A stretch of 61,128 bases of DNA, filler included. It is 3 parts of 3 records of this genome, joined end to end, with 100 filler letters (N's around TTAATTAATTAA, not from the genome) between each part and the next. Parts side by side here need not be neighbours in the genome. Positions count along the whole stretch, not along the records: positions 1 to 31,926 come from SRR20825019_1116; 2 more parts are not named here. One strand, given 5' to 3'. Each line of letters opens with the position of its first letter. The first letter of the stretch is position 1. Positions 10,003-18,892 of this stretch are shown piece after piece. Made by a program: the position numbers and the translations under genes. The notes beneath the pieces were generated by a model, which had not been told where the DNA came from, did no database searches, and saw only the letters and a list, made by a program, of their open reading frames with translations.

Positions 10003-10884
10003 ATGGACCGGGACATGACTCTTTTCAATTCCTATGACCGCGCCGGGCTTGATCGTGAATACGACAATCGGGCGAAAGTCGCCAATAGCGCGGAGATTTC
10101 AGCGCGCTGGGAGGCGGCGAGCGCCGATGTGCGCAAACAGTTTTCCGCCGATCTTGACCAGCCTTACGGCGACCATCCGCGCCAGTGCGTTGATGTTTTT
10201 CCCGCCGGAAAACGGGACGGGCCGGTGCTGATTTTCATCCACGGCGGCTATTGGCACATGCGGGACAAGTCGATCGCGCATTTTCTGGCGCCGACTTTCA
10301 TTGCGGCGGATATCAATTTCGTCTCTGTCGGCTACCGTCTGTGCCCGGAGGTTACGGTGGCGGATATCGCCGATGACATTCGTGCGGCCATTGTCTGGGT
10401 AAAGGATAATATCGGCCGCTTTGGCGGTAACCCGGGGCGTCTGTATCTGGCGGGTCATTCGGCTGGCGGCCACCTCAGCGCGCTGATGGGCGGGCCGGCG
10501 GGGCTTCAGGCGGGAACCCTCAAGGGTATTTGTTCTGTAAGCGGTCTGCATGACCTGGAGCCAATCCGGCTCTGCTATCTGAACGATGTACTCTCTCTGT
10601 CGGAAAAGGATGCCGCCGCCCTCTCGCCGATCCGGCTTGTGCGCGAGACGGCGGATGCCGGAATGCGCCTGCCGCCGCATCTGCTCACGGTCGGCAGCCT
10701 CGAAGGGCCGGAATATCTGCGCCAGCGGGACGAGCTTGCGGGGGCCTTGAGAGAGAAACGGCAGCCGGTTGAGTGCATCGATTTGCCTGATCGCGATCAT
10801 TTTACCGCACTTGAAGCCTTCGGCGATCCGCATCATCCGCTGTGTCTGGCGATGCTCCGGCTCATTCTGGCGCCATCTTTTTGA
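10003..10884 (+). CDS. Alpha/beta hydrolase (arylformamidase-like)
   Basis: FIHGGYW oxyanion motif, GHSAGGHL nucleophile elbow, C-terminal DHF. Confidence 0.88.
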   Translation: MDRDMTLFNSYDRAGLDREYDNRAKVANSAEISARWEAASADVRKQFSADLDQPYGDHPRQCVDVFPAGKRDGPVLIFIHGGYWHMRDKSIAHFLAPTFIAADINFVSVGYRLCPEVTVADIADDIRAAIVWVKDNIGRFGGNPGRLYLAGHSAGGHLSALMGGPAGLQAGTLKGICSVSGLHDLEPIRLCYLNDVLSLSEKDAAALSPIRLVRETADAGMRLPPHLLTVGSLEGPEYLRQRDELAGALREKRQPVECIDLPDRDHFTALEAFGDPHHPLCLAMLRLILAPSF

Positions 10885-10897
10885 AGGATCGCGAGGG

Positions 10898-11203
10898 ATG
10901 TTTGATCAGGTTCTGGTGGCGCGTTTTGGCGAGACGGAGATTGCCCGGGCGGCCGAGCGGGACACCGTGACGGTTGAGGGAAGTGTGTATTTCCCCCCGG
11001 ATTCCGTACGTTTCGAGCTGCTGCGGAAGACCGCTACCCGGACGCGCTGCCCATGGCGCGGCGAAGCGGTCTACTATGATGTCGTCGATGAAATGCGGGT
11101 TTCCCCGGACGCGGCCTGGTCCTATCCGCAGCCTGGCCGGAAGGCAAAGCGCATCGCCGGGTTCATCAGTTTCTGGAAAGAGGTCGAAATCGGGCCAGTT
11201 TAA
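10898..11203 (+). CDS. DUF427 domain protein
   Basis: VEGSVYFPPDSV, TRCPWRGEAVYY, AAWSYPQP...IAGFISFW. Confidence 0.85.
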   Translation: MFDQVLVARFGETEIARAAERDTVTVEGSVYFPPDSVRFELLRKTATRTRCPWRGEAVYYDVVDEMRVSPDAAWSYPQPGRKAKRIAGFISFWKEVEIGPV

Positions 11204-11268
11204 GCCTCTGGTATTCGGTCCTCTTTCTCCTTAAGTGTGGATCGGTACATAGCAACGGGTCGTGGTCG

Positions 11269-11961
11269 ATGATGGTGAACGGTAAGAAAGTCCTGTTGGT
11301 CGAGGATGACGAAGCACTTCGGGTGACGCTCAGCGAACAGCTGGAGCTGCACGAGGAATTCGTGGTCAGCGCGGTTGAAAACGGGGCTGCGGCACTGGAG
11401 ACGGTCAAGTCGGCGCATTTCGACCTGATATTGCTCGATGTTGGTCTTCCGGACATGGACGGACGCGATGTCTGCCGGCTGATCCGGCGCAACGGCGTGA
11501 AATCGCCTGTTGTCATGCTGACGGCCCAGGATGGCGACGCGGACACCATTCTCGGTCTCGATGCCGGGGCCAACGATTATGTCACCAAGCCCTTCAAGAT
11601 CGCCGTCCTGCTGGCCCGTATGCGGGCGCATCTCCGGCAGCATGAGCAGAGCGACGACGCGCTTTTCACGATCGGCCCGTACAGTTTTCGGCCCAGTGCC
11701 AAGCTGCTGATCGACGAGGCGCGGAACAAGAAGGTCCGGCTGACGGAGAAGGAAACCGCGATCCTGAAATATCTCTACCGGACCGGCGGACGCATGGTGA
11801 AGCGCGAGACCCTGCTGAACGAGGTTTGGGGATATAATGCGGGCGTCACCACGCATACGCTTGAAACGCATGTCTACCGGCTTCGGCAAAAGGTGGAGAT
11901 CGATCCGTCCAACGCACAGATTCTTGTGACCGATCCCGGCGGGTACAGACTGGTCCCCTGA
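11269..11961 (+). CDS. OmpR-family DNA-binding response regulator
   Basis: Receiver (LLVEDD, LLDVGLPD, KPF) plus winged helix (HTLETHVYRLRQK). Confidence 0.93.
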   Translation: MMVNGKKVLLVEDDEALRVTLSEQLELHEEFVVSAVENGAAALETVKSAHFDLILLDVGLPDMDGRDVCRLIRRNGVKSPVVMLTAQDGDADTILGLDAGANDYVTKPFKIAVLLARMRAHLRQHEQSDDALFTIGPYSFRPSAKLLIDEARNKKVRLTEKETAILKYLYRTGGRMVKRETLLNEVWGYNAGVTTHTLETHVYRLRQKVEIDPSNAQILVTDPGGYRLVP

Positions 11962-12051
11962 TCCTGGCCGGAGCCAAATAGAGGCTTGTACTGATTTAAC
12001 CTTTTCACGCTGCTCCCGCTCATGCAGACTTGGCGCTCTTAATATCCGGCT

Positions 12052-12909
12052 GTGGATTATGGGTTGGGGATTGCCGTGTCGCCGGGAGAAGAGTTTTTTG
12101 TCCGGATCTGGGGCGCCCGCGGAAGCATTGCCTGCCCGGGGCCTGAATTTGTGCGCTATGGCGGGAACACCGCGTGTCTTGAAATCCGCTGCGGCGGACG
12201 GGTTTTTATCCTCGATGCCGGTACTGGTTTGCGTAATCTCGGCATGATGCTGGACAAGTCCGGCCCGGTGGATGCGGACATCCTGTTTACCCACTCCCAT
12301 CTCGATCATATCGGCGGCCTGCCTTTCTTCACGTCGGCCTTCAAGAAGGGCAATGTCTTTCGTATCTGGTCCGGACATCTGGGTGGCAGGGCGAGCATGC
12401 GCGAGGTGATTGCGCGGCTGATGTCCTCTCCGCTTTTTCCGGTGCCGCTGGAGATCTTTCAGTCGGAGCTCGAATTCAAGGATTTTGCCGCTGGTGACAC
12501 GCTGAGTTTAGCACCGGACATTTCCGTGCGGACGGCGCCGCTCAATCATCCGCAGGGCGCTGTCGGGTATCGCTTCGATTATGGCGGCAAGTCGATCTGC
12601 TATATCACCGACACGGAGCATCGCCCTGGTGAGCCTGACCAGAATATCCTCGCGCTGGTGCAAGATGCGGATGTGATGATTTATGATGCCTGCTACACGG
12701 ATGAAGAATTTCCAAAATTCGTCGGCTGGGGACATTCGACCTGGCAGGAGGGGGTCCGCCTTGCCGATGCGGCCGGGGTCAGGAAGCTGGTTCTTTTCCA
12801 CCATGACCCAAGCCACACGGACGATAAAATGGACGAGATCCTTCGCCAGGCCGATGAGCGCCGCCCCGGCACCGTAGCGGCCTCCGAAGGCCTGACGATT
12901 ACCCCCTGA
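12052..12909 (+). CDS. MBL-fold metallo-hydrolase (phosphodiesterase/RNase Z-like)
   Basis: WGARGS, YGGNTAC, THSHLDHIGG (HxHxDH), WGHS, FHHDP. Confidence 0.88.
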   Translation: MDYGLGIAVSPGEEFFVRIWGARGSIACPGPEFVRYGGNTACLEIRCGGRVFILDAGTGLRNLGMMLDKSGPVDADILFTHSHLDHIGGLPFFTSAFKKGNVFRIWSGHLGGRASMREVIARLMSSPLFPVPLEIFQSELEFKDFAAGDTLSLAPDISVRTAPLNHPQGAVGYRFDYGGKSICYITDTEHRPGEPDQNILALVQDADVMIYDACYTDEEFPKFVGWGHSTWQEGVRLADAAGVRKLVLFHHDPSHTDDKMDEILRQADERRPGTVAASEGLTITP

Positions 12910-12910
12910 T

Positions 12911-13774
12911 ATGACCAGACAAAACCCGACCAATAGAAGCCACGCATGGCGCCGGCTTCGCCTCGGCCTGAGCACGATTCTTGGCATAAAACCAATGGGT
13001 TACTTTGTGCCCTACCGGTATGCCGCAAATGTCCCCACACACGGTAGTCGGTACGATTGGATCGAGGAGCGCTTCAGTGGCGATGCGCTACCGGCATTTG
13101 CCGGGACGCTTTCCGATATTGACCGCTACCGGGATGCGCTACAGGCGATAGGCAACGAGCAGCCGCCGGAACCACGCTGGCAACAGGACTGGTTTCCGGG
13201 CCTCGACGGGGCTGCCGCTTACACGCTTGTGCGGGAACGCCGTCCGGCGCGCATTCTGGAGATAGGTTCGGGCCACAGCACCCGCTTTCTCGCACGCGCC
13301 GTTCGCGATGCCAGCCTTGAAACCGAGATCACCTGTGTCGATCCCGCACCGCGTGCCTCTCTTGCCGGTACAGGCGTGCGCTTCCTTGAGCACACGATCC
13401 AGGATGTTCCGCGTGAAAGTCTGCCGGAGCTTGGTGCGGGTGATGTCTTGTTTCTGGATTCAAGCCATCTGGCCCTGCCGGGCTCCGACGTCGATCTGGT
13501 GCTGAACCACCTGTTGCCGACCCTGCCAGCGGGTTTGCTGGTTCACATCCATGACATTGTGCTGCCTGACCCCTATCCGGAAGTCTGGGCATGGCGAACC
13601 TATAACGAGCAATTGCTGGTGGCGGCTTTGCTGAGTGGCGGCGGGTTCCGGCCGGTTTTCTCAAGTCACTATGCCCGCACACGCATGCTCGGCCGGGATG
13701 GTGTGCCGGCGCTTGACTGGTTGCCGCTGCAACAGGGCGCGCTGGAGACCAGCCTCTGGCTTGAGAAGCTATAG
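12911..13774 (+). CDS. Class I SAM-dependent methyltransferase
   Basis: ILEIGSGHST motif I; FLDSSH; VHIHDI. Confidence 0.85.
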   Translation: MTRQNPTNRSHAWRRLRLGLSTILGIKPMGYFVPYRYAANVPTHGSRYDWIEERFSGDALPAFAGTLSDIDRYRDALQAIGNEQPPEPRWQQDWFPGLDGAAAYTLVRERRPARILEIGSGHSTRFLARAVRDASLETEITCVDPAPRASLAGTGVRFLEHTIQDVPRESLPELGAGDVLFLDSSHLALPGSDVDLVLNHLLPTLPAGLLVHIHDIVLPDPYPEVWAWRTYNEQLLVAALLSGGGFRPVFSSHYARTRMLGRDGVPALDWLPLQQGALETSLWLEKL

Positions 13775-13803
13775 CTGCGTTCAGTTTTGGATGATCTTTG
13801 GGA

Positions 13804-13878
13804 TGGCTGGGGCGGCAGGATTCGAACCTGCGCATGGCGATACCAAAAACCGCTGCCTTACCGCTTGGCTACGCCCCA
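13804..13878 (-). tRNA. tRNA-Gln (anticodon TTG)
   Basis: Reverse complement TGGGGCGTAGCCAAGCGGTAAGGCAGCGGTTTTTGGTATCGCCATGCGCAGGTTCGAATCCTGCCGCCCCAGCCA forms a cloverleaf with T-loop and CCA. Confidence 0.96.
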
Positions 13879-14002
13879 ATCGGGCGGGAAGATAGTCAGA
13901 AATCAGAATCCATGCAACAGCTTCGGCCCAGGTCACTTAACATCCTGGTCCGAAGGCGCTAGACTCCTATGATCCTTTTGCTTTTTGGGGATGAGGATTA
14001 TC

Positions 14003-14407
14003 ATGTCCAAACCAGTCCTGCCGTGGAGCCTGAAGGGCGTGTCGCCCGAAGCGCGTGAAATCGCGAAAAAGGCGGCAGCCCAGCAAGGCATCACCATCGG
14101 AGAATGGGTCAGCCGCGCCATCCGGGACGTTGGCCCGGATCAGCAAGCCGGCACTCTGCCGGATGATGCCCCGGCATCTGGCGAGACCTCCCTGTCAGCT
14201 TCCGCGGAAATGGATGGCGACGCCGTGCGTGATGCCGTGCGAGCCCGGATCTATGATTCGGAAGAGCGTGTCGCGCATATGGTCGGCCCGTTGCAGGATA
14301 TTATCGAACGGCTCTCCCGGCGCATGACGCGTATTGAGGAGAAAGTGGAGGACAGCCCGGCGCCACAGGTCGAGCAGGCCGACCCGCGCCGTCTTGACGG
14401 CTGGTAG
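14003..14407 (+). CDS. Small protein with PodJ-like N-terminal motif and coiled coil (paralogue 1)
   Basis: PWSLKGVSPEAREIAKKAAAQQGITIGEWVSRAI; SD GAGGA; no TM segment. Confidence 0.75.
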   Translation: MSKPVLPWSLKGVSPEAREIAKKAAAQQGITIGEWVSRAIRDVGPDQQAGTLPDDAPASGETSLSASAEMDGDAVRDAVRARIYDSEERVAHMVGPLQDIIERLSRRMTRIEEKVEDSPAPQVEQADPRRLDGW

Positions 14408-14571
14408 CTCGCGCTTTTACTGGCTGTATGGCTGGTAGGAAGTGATGGTCATATTGGGGCCTTCGCTTTACCAGTAGTGCATGGAAACCCTTGCCTTACC
14501 GGGTAACCTTTGGTAATTTTCAAGCCATTCGGTGGCCCGGTCTCCGAAACAAGATAAAGGCAGGGTGTCGG

Positions 14572-15492
14572 GTGTCAGGTAAATCCCCCTGGAGTGTAAA
14601 AGGTATCTCGGCGGAAGACCGCGAGGTCGCGAAGGTCGCGGCCCGGAAAGCGGGCGTGCCGATTGGCGTCTGGCTCAGTGAGCAAATCCGGCAGGCCTCC
14701 GAGGAGGCATCGCCGCCTGACCAGCCGACCGCGGAACAAGCCCGCATGCACGCCGATGACGATCATCAGCAGGCGCATCCGCCGGAGCAGCCCGCATATT
14801 CATCTCAAGACCGTCACCCCCAAGACCGGCATCCCCAAGATAGGCATCCGGGAGACCGTCCGCCTCAGGATCGTTATTCCCCGCAAGACCGCCGGCGTGG
14901 CAGTGGATCGGTGGATCCGCGCTTTGCATTCGGACGCGGGCAATGGAGCGTTGCGGAAGAGGTCGTCGACAGGGGCATGGTCGCTAATGCTTCGGCGGGC
15001 TATCCATGGCAGTTCCGCAATGCCCAGCATCCACCGCCGGCACATGCCGCGCCGCCGGTATCCCCCCCTCAAGCAGCCGTAAATGGCGCTTATCCGCCGC
15101 CAATGCCGCAACCCCAACACATGCCTGTGCCTGTGTCCGCTCCTCAGCAGACCAGCCTGTCTCGAGAAGAAGCAGAGGCGATGGAAAAGCGTGTTGATAG
15201 TCTCGAAGGGCGGCTCCGGGATCTGCAGCAGCGGATCAATAGCGTCGAAGACAAAACGCTTGCCCGGTTCGAGCCTGTTCTTGAGAAGATAGAAGCTCTC
15301 ACTGCAGAACTTGACCGGATAGACGCCAAGCCGGCGATGATTTCGCAAGGCGGCGATGCGTCTTTCTCGACGGCGCCTATAGAGCGCGCGGTAATGCGCT
15401 TGTCCGAGCGGTTGGGCCGGGTTGAGCAAACCGTCTTGCCGGGCTCCAGGCGCGGCCGTGGTTTCTTCTCCCGCCTTTTCCGTCGTGGGTAG
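14572..15492 (+). CDS. PodJ-like N-terminal motif protein with Pro/Gln-rich disordered region, coiled coil and C-terminal amphipathic helix (paralogue 2)
   Basis: PWSVKGISAEDREVAKVAARKAGVPIGVWLSEQI; ends GRGFFSRLFRRG. Confidence 0.75.
   Translation: MSGKSPWSVKGISAEDREVAKVAARKAGVPIGVWLSEQIRQASEEASPPDQPTAEQARMHADDDHQQAHPPEQPAYSSQDRHPQDRHPQDRHPGDRPPQDRYSPQDRRRGSGSVDPRFAFGRGQWSVAEEVVDRGMVANASAGYPWQFRNAQHPPPAHAAPPVSPPQAAVNGAYPPPMPQPQHMPVPVSAPQQTSLSREEAEAMEKRVDSLEGRLRDLQQRINSVEDKTLARFEPVLEKIEALTAELDRIDAKPAMISQGGDASFSTAPIERAVMRLSERLGRVEQTVLPGSRRGRGFFSRLFRRG
14806..14895 (+). repeat. Coding 15-bp tandem repeat (QDRHP-like, about 6 degenerate units)
   Basis: QDRHPQDRHPQDRHPGDRPPQDRYSPQDRR. Confidence 0.85.
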
Positions 15493-15617
15493 CGCTACCT
15501 TTCGGAACCGTATAAATTGAGCAAAAGCGATAGGTTAGCCGGGCCGGGAAGGACCACTACTTGGAGTGTTCCCCATGATCCCGCGCATCCCGAAACGTAA
15601 GGCGCGCAACGTGAGGA

Positions 15618-17993
15618 GTGCCGGTGGTTCGTAAGCCAACGACATGGAGCATCAAGGGTATCGAGGAAGATACCCGTGATATCGCCCGTGCTGCGGCTGA
15701 ACGGGACGAGCAGACCATTGGCTCCTGGATCGATTATGCGATCCGCGTTCATGGCGGCCAGCGGCCACGTGAAGCCGGGAGTGACGAAAAGGCGGCCCCG
15801 GAAACCGCGCCGCCACATACAGTAAACCAGACGACAAACACGCAGACGCCTGCTCCGGGGCTTACGGACCAGACGGTGCTCGATATCATCGACCGAGAGC
15901 TGGATGCATCGACCAATCGGCTCGACCGGGCGTTGCGCCCGATGGGTCTGGCCCTGCTGGATCTCGCCGAGCGGATGGTTTCCGTCGAGCAGGAGCGGTT
16001 CGGGCAGGCCCGGCTGGGTGAGGGCCGGGGATCTGAAAACGCTGGTGCGCTTGGAGTGGAAGAGGCGGCCGACGATGATTTCGGCCCGGAACTGCCTCCG
16101 CAAGCAGAGGAAGAGCTGCCGGAAGAGCCGGAAGAACTGGACCCGGAAATATATGATTCAGCGGAGCAGGGTGCGCTGGTGGAGCCGGAGCAGGCACCGC
16201 CTTCGCCGTCTCACGATCTGGACCCTGATTTCGATACGATCGACGTGCCGTTGCTTCCCGTCGAGGAAACAGATCGTGCCCGGGAAATAGACCGGCGCCT
16301 GCGGGCGCTTGCTGGTGAGGTTGATGCCGTCGATGCGGTGGATACCGACCCGCCGCCCCCGACGGGGGATCTCGGTCCGGCGGAAATTGTCATTGATGTG
16401 CCGCCTCCGGCAGCCGAACGGGCGCCGGATCTTGAGCTTCCGATGGCATTCCGCGGGGTGCAGCAAACCGCTTTCGACTCTGACCCCCGCGCGGTGGCTA
16501 GTGAAGACGCGCAAGACATGCGCACCCGGCGCCGTCGCCGGGTGCGGGGAGTTCTTCTGGGAAGTACGGGGCTCGCGGTTGCTCTGGCGGCCGGGCTCTA
16601 TGTTTTTGCGGGCCAGGTCGGGCTTGGACCGCTGCGGCATGAGCTGGACAGCCGCCTGCAGCCTGCCGTGCATAATGTTGTGAAGGGGGCGGCCCATATC
16701 TGGGACGAGACGGCAGCCCGTGCCGTCCCGATGATCGACCAGGCCAGGACAGCGCTGTTTGGCTCCGATCATCCGGAGGAGCCGGAAACCTCCCCGTCCG
16801 ATGAGAATGAGGCGCCTCCACTTGCAGAGCCTGCGCAGCCCGCTCAATCCGCCAATGAAGAGATGCCCGCCGCGCCCGATCGCGCGGAACAGGGCACAGC
16901 TTCCGCCCCGGCTGGCGCACCACAGTCTGGTGAACGGGAGGCAGAACAGCCGGCAATGGAGCCTCAGCCCCCGGCGTCCGAGGCGATCACATCACCAACG
17001 CCCGATGAAAGCCTGCCGGAGACAAACCGGGAAGCGGTGACGGGCGAGGTTGCTCCGGAGCCTGCGCCAAGTGAGCCGCCGGTGCCGGTACCGGATGCGG
17101 CACCCGCCCCGAGAGTGTCGGAAGCGCCGCCGCCCGCCCCCGCATTGTCGCCCCTGCGCGAAAAGGATCCGGCCGATACGGTTGCATCCTTGCCGGCTGA
17201 AAGCGGATTGGAAAAAGCGGAGCAGCACTCTCTTGAACAGCGTGCCGATGCCGGGGATGCCAAGGCCCAGCACGATCTTGCCCTGGCCTATCTGACGGGC
17301 TCGGCGGGCACGCAAAACCCCGAGCGGGCCGGAGAGCTGTTGCGCGAAGCCGCGATCCAGGGCCTGCCCGGCGCGCAATATAATCTGGCTGTGCTTTATG
17401 AAACGGGGCAAGGGGTCCGGCAGGACGATGTCCGGGCCCTGCTCTGGTATCACTCTGCCGCCGAGCAGGGGCATCCGAACGCTCAATACAATCTCGGTGT
17501 GATGTATGCCGAGGGTCGGGGTATCCCGCTGAATTTCGGGGAAGCGGCGCGCTGGTTCCAGGCTGCGGCCAAGCAGGGTATGGCACGGGCGCTGTATAAC
17601 CTCGCGGTGATGACCGACGAGGGCCTTGGTGTGCCGCAGGACAAAAAGAAGGCGCTGGAACTGTTTGCCGACGCCGCGGATGCAGGTGACCAGCGGGCCA
17701 TCGAAATGCTCTCGGGCGAAATGCTCTCGGGCCGTGACGGAACCGGTGCGGAGAATGCCCCGCAACTCAGTGGTACGGAAGGCGTGCAGGACGTGGCTGA
17801 TGCACCGGCAGCCATGGTCGCGGCGGTGCAGGGGGAGCTTACCCGCCTTGGCTTCTATTCAGGACGTGTGGACGGGTTGATGGGGCCGAAGACCCGGGCC
17901 GCAATCCGGCATTTTGAGAAAGTTGCCGGAGACCCTGAAAACGGTGAGGTGACGGAGGCCTTGCTGGAGAAACTGAAAGCGGCCAAGCCCTAA
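15618..17993 (+). CDS. podJ: PodJ-like polar localisation factor: N-terminal motif, acidic disordered region, TM helix, SEL1 repeats, peptidoglycan-binding domain
   Basis: TWSIKGIEEDTRDIARAAAE...IGSWI; RRRRR then hydrophobic TM; AQYNLGVMYAEGRG SEL1 repeats; VQGELTRLGFYSGRVDGLMGPKTRAAIRHFE PG_binding_1. Confidence 0.7.
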   Translation: MPVVRKPTTWSIKGIEEDTRDIARAAAERDEQTIGSWIDYAIRVHGGQRPREAGSDEKAAPETAPPHTVNQTTNTQTPAPGLTDQTVLDIIDRELDASTNRLDRALRPMGLALLDLAERMVSVEQERFGQARLGEGRGSENAGALGVEEAADDDFGPELPPQAEEELPEEPEELDPEIYDSAEQGALVEPEQAPPSPSHDLDPDFDTIDVPLLPVEETDRAREIDRRLRALAGEVDAVDAVDTDPPPPTGDLGPAEIVIDVPPPAAERAPDLELPMAFRGVQQTAFDSDPRAVASEDAQDMRTRRRRRVRGVLLGSTGLAVALAAGLYVFAGQVGLGPLRHELDSRLQPAVHNVVKGAAHIWDETAARAVPMIDQARTALFGSDHPEEPETSPSDENEAPPLAEPAQPAQSANEEMPAAPDRAEQGTASAPAGAPQSGEREAEQPAMEPQPPASEAITSPTPDESLPETNREAVTGEVAPEPAPSEPPVPVPDAAPAPRVSEAPPPAPALSPLREKDPADTVASLPAESGLEKAEQHSLEQRADAGDAKAQHDLALAYLTGSAGTQNPERAGELLREAAIQGLPGAQYNLAVLYETGQGVRQDDVRALLWYHSAAEQGHPNAQYNLGVMYAEGRGIPLNFGEAARWFQAAAKQGMARALYNLAVMTDEGLGVPQDKKKALELFADAADAGDQRAIEMLSGEMLSGRDGTGAENAPQLSGTEGVQDVADAPAAMVAAVQGELTRLGFYSGRVDGLMGPKTRAAIRHFEKVAGDPENGEVTEALLEKLKAAKP

Positions 17994-18892
17994 CTCTCAA
18001 GCGAAAAGCCGCGCAGAGAAGAACCATCCCAGTTTTTGAGTGCTCCGGCATGGGTCCAGCATGCCGGATGGGCGTGCCGGAAGCGCTCTGCCGCCTTGTC
18101 ACGTTCCGCATCGCTTTCAAACAGCACGAAGCATGTGGCACCACTGCCGGAAAGCCGCGCGCCAATAGCGCCTGGCAGGTCCGACAGCGCGCTTAATACC
18201 GGGCCGATCTCCGGGGCCACGGAGACGGCCGGCGCTTCAAGATCGTTGCGGCCTGCGAGGATTTCTTCCGCAAGGGCGCGCGGGGCCGATGCGTCCCGCA
18301 CGGTTTTCTGTCCCGCGGCCAACGCCCCGAAGACGGCCCCGGTGGGCACCGCGACCCCCGGATTGACCAGTAGAGCCGGATATCGGGGAAATGCAGGCTC
18401 TTCAGGGTCCAGCGCAACTCCCGTGCCGCGCATATACCGGCAGCGGGAATCCAGACACACCGGAATATCGGCGCCGAGTGCGGCGGCAATCGCCTGGACG
18501 GGTGGCGCCATGGCCGAAAGTCCGTGTTCACCGGCAAGCAGGCGCAGGATCGCTGCCGCATCGGCTGACCCGCCGCCAAGCCCGGCGGCAACGGGTATGG
18601 CCTTGTGCAATGCGATTGAGAGCGGAGGCACCGGCCCGACCTCGCTGCGAAAGGCGGAGATCGCCCGCAGAACGAGATTGTCCCGGTCAAGGCTTCCGGC
18701 GAATGGGCCAACTGCCGACAGGCGGTCGGTCCCGGTTTCCGACGGCGTCACAACCAGCCTGTCATGCAGGTCCGCGAAGGCGACAAGGCTGACCAGATCA
18801 TGATAGCCGTCCGGACGTTTGCCCAGAATGGTGAGACTGAGATTGAGCTTGGCGGGAGCGATCAGGGTGGCGGAATAGCCTGCCTCAGCCAT
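17990..18892 (-). CDS. ispE: 4-diphosphocytidyl-2-C-methyl-D-erythritol kinase
   Basis: APAKLNLSL, GYHDL, KAIPVAAGLGGGSADAA, LSGSGATCF. Confidence 0.96.
   Translation of the reverse strand: MAEAGYSATLIAPAKLNLSLTILGKRPDGYHDLVSLVAFADLHDRLVVTPSETGTDRLSAVGPFAGSLDRDNLVLRAISAFRSEVGPVPPLSIALHKAIPVAAGLGGGSADAAAILRLLAGEHGLSAMAPPVQAIAAALGADIPVCLDSRCRYMRGTGVALDPEEPAFPRYPALLVNPGVAVPTGAVFGALAAGQKTVRDASAPRALAEEILAGRNDLEAPAVSVAPEIGPVLSALSDLPGAIGARLSGSGATCFVLFESDAERDKAAERFRHAHPACWTHAGALKNWDGSSLRGFSLES

Noticed and set aside
13804-14000. tRNA-Gln as an integration site for a genomic island
   Set aside because: No integrase, no duplicated tRNA 3' end and no compositional shift on either side.
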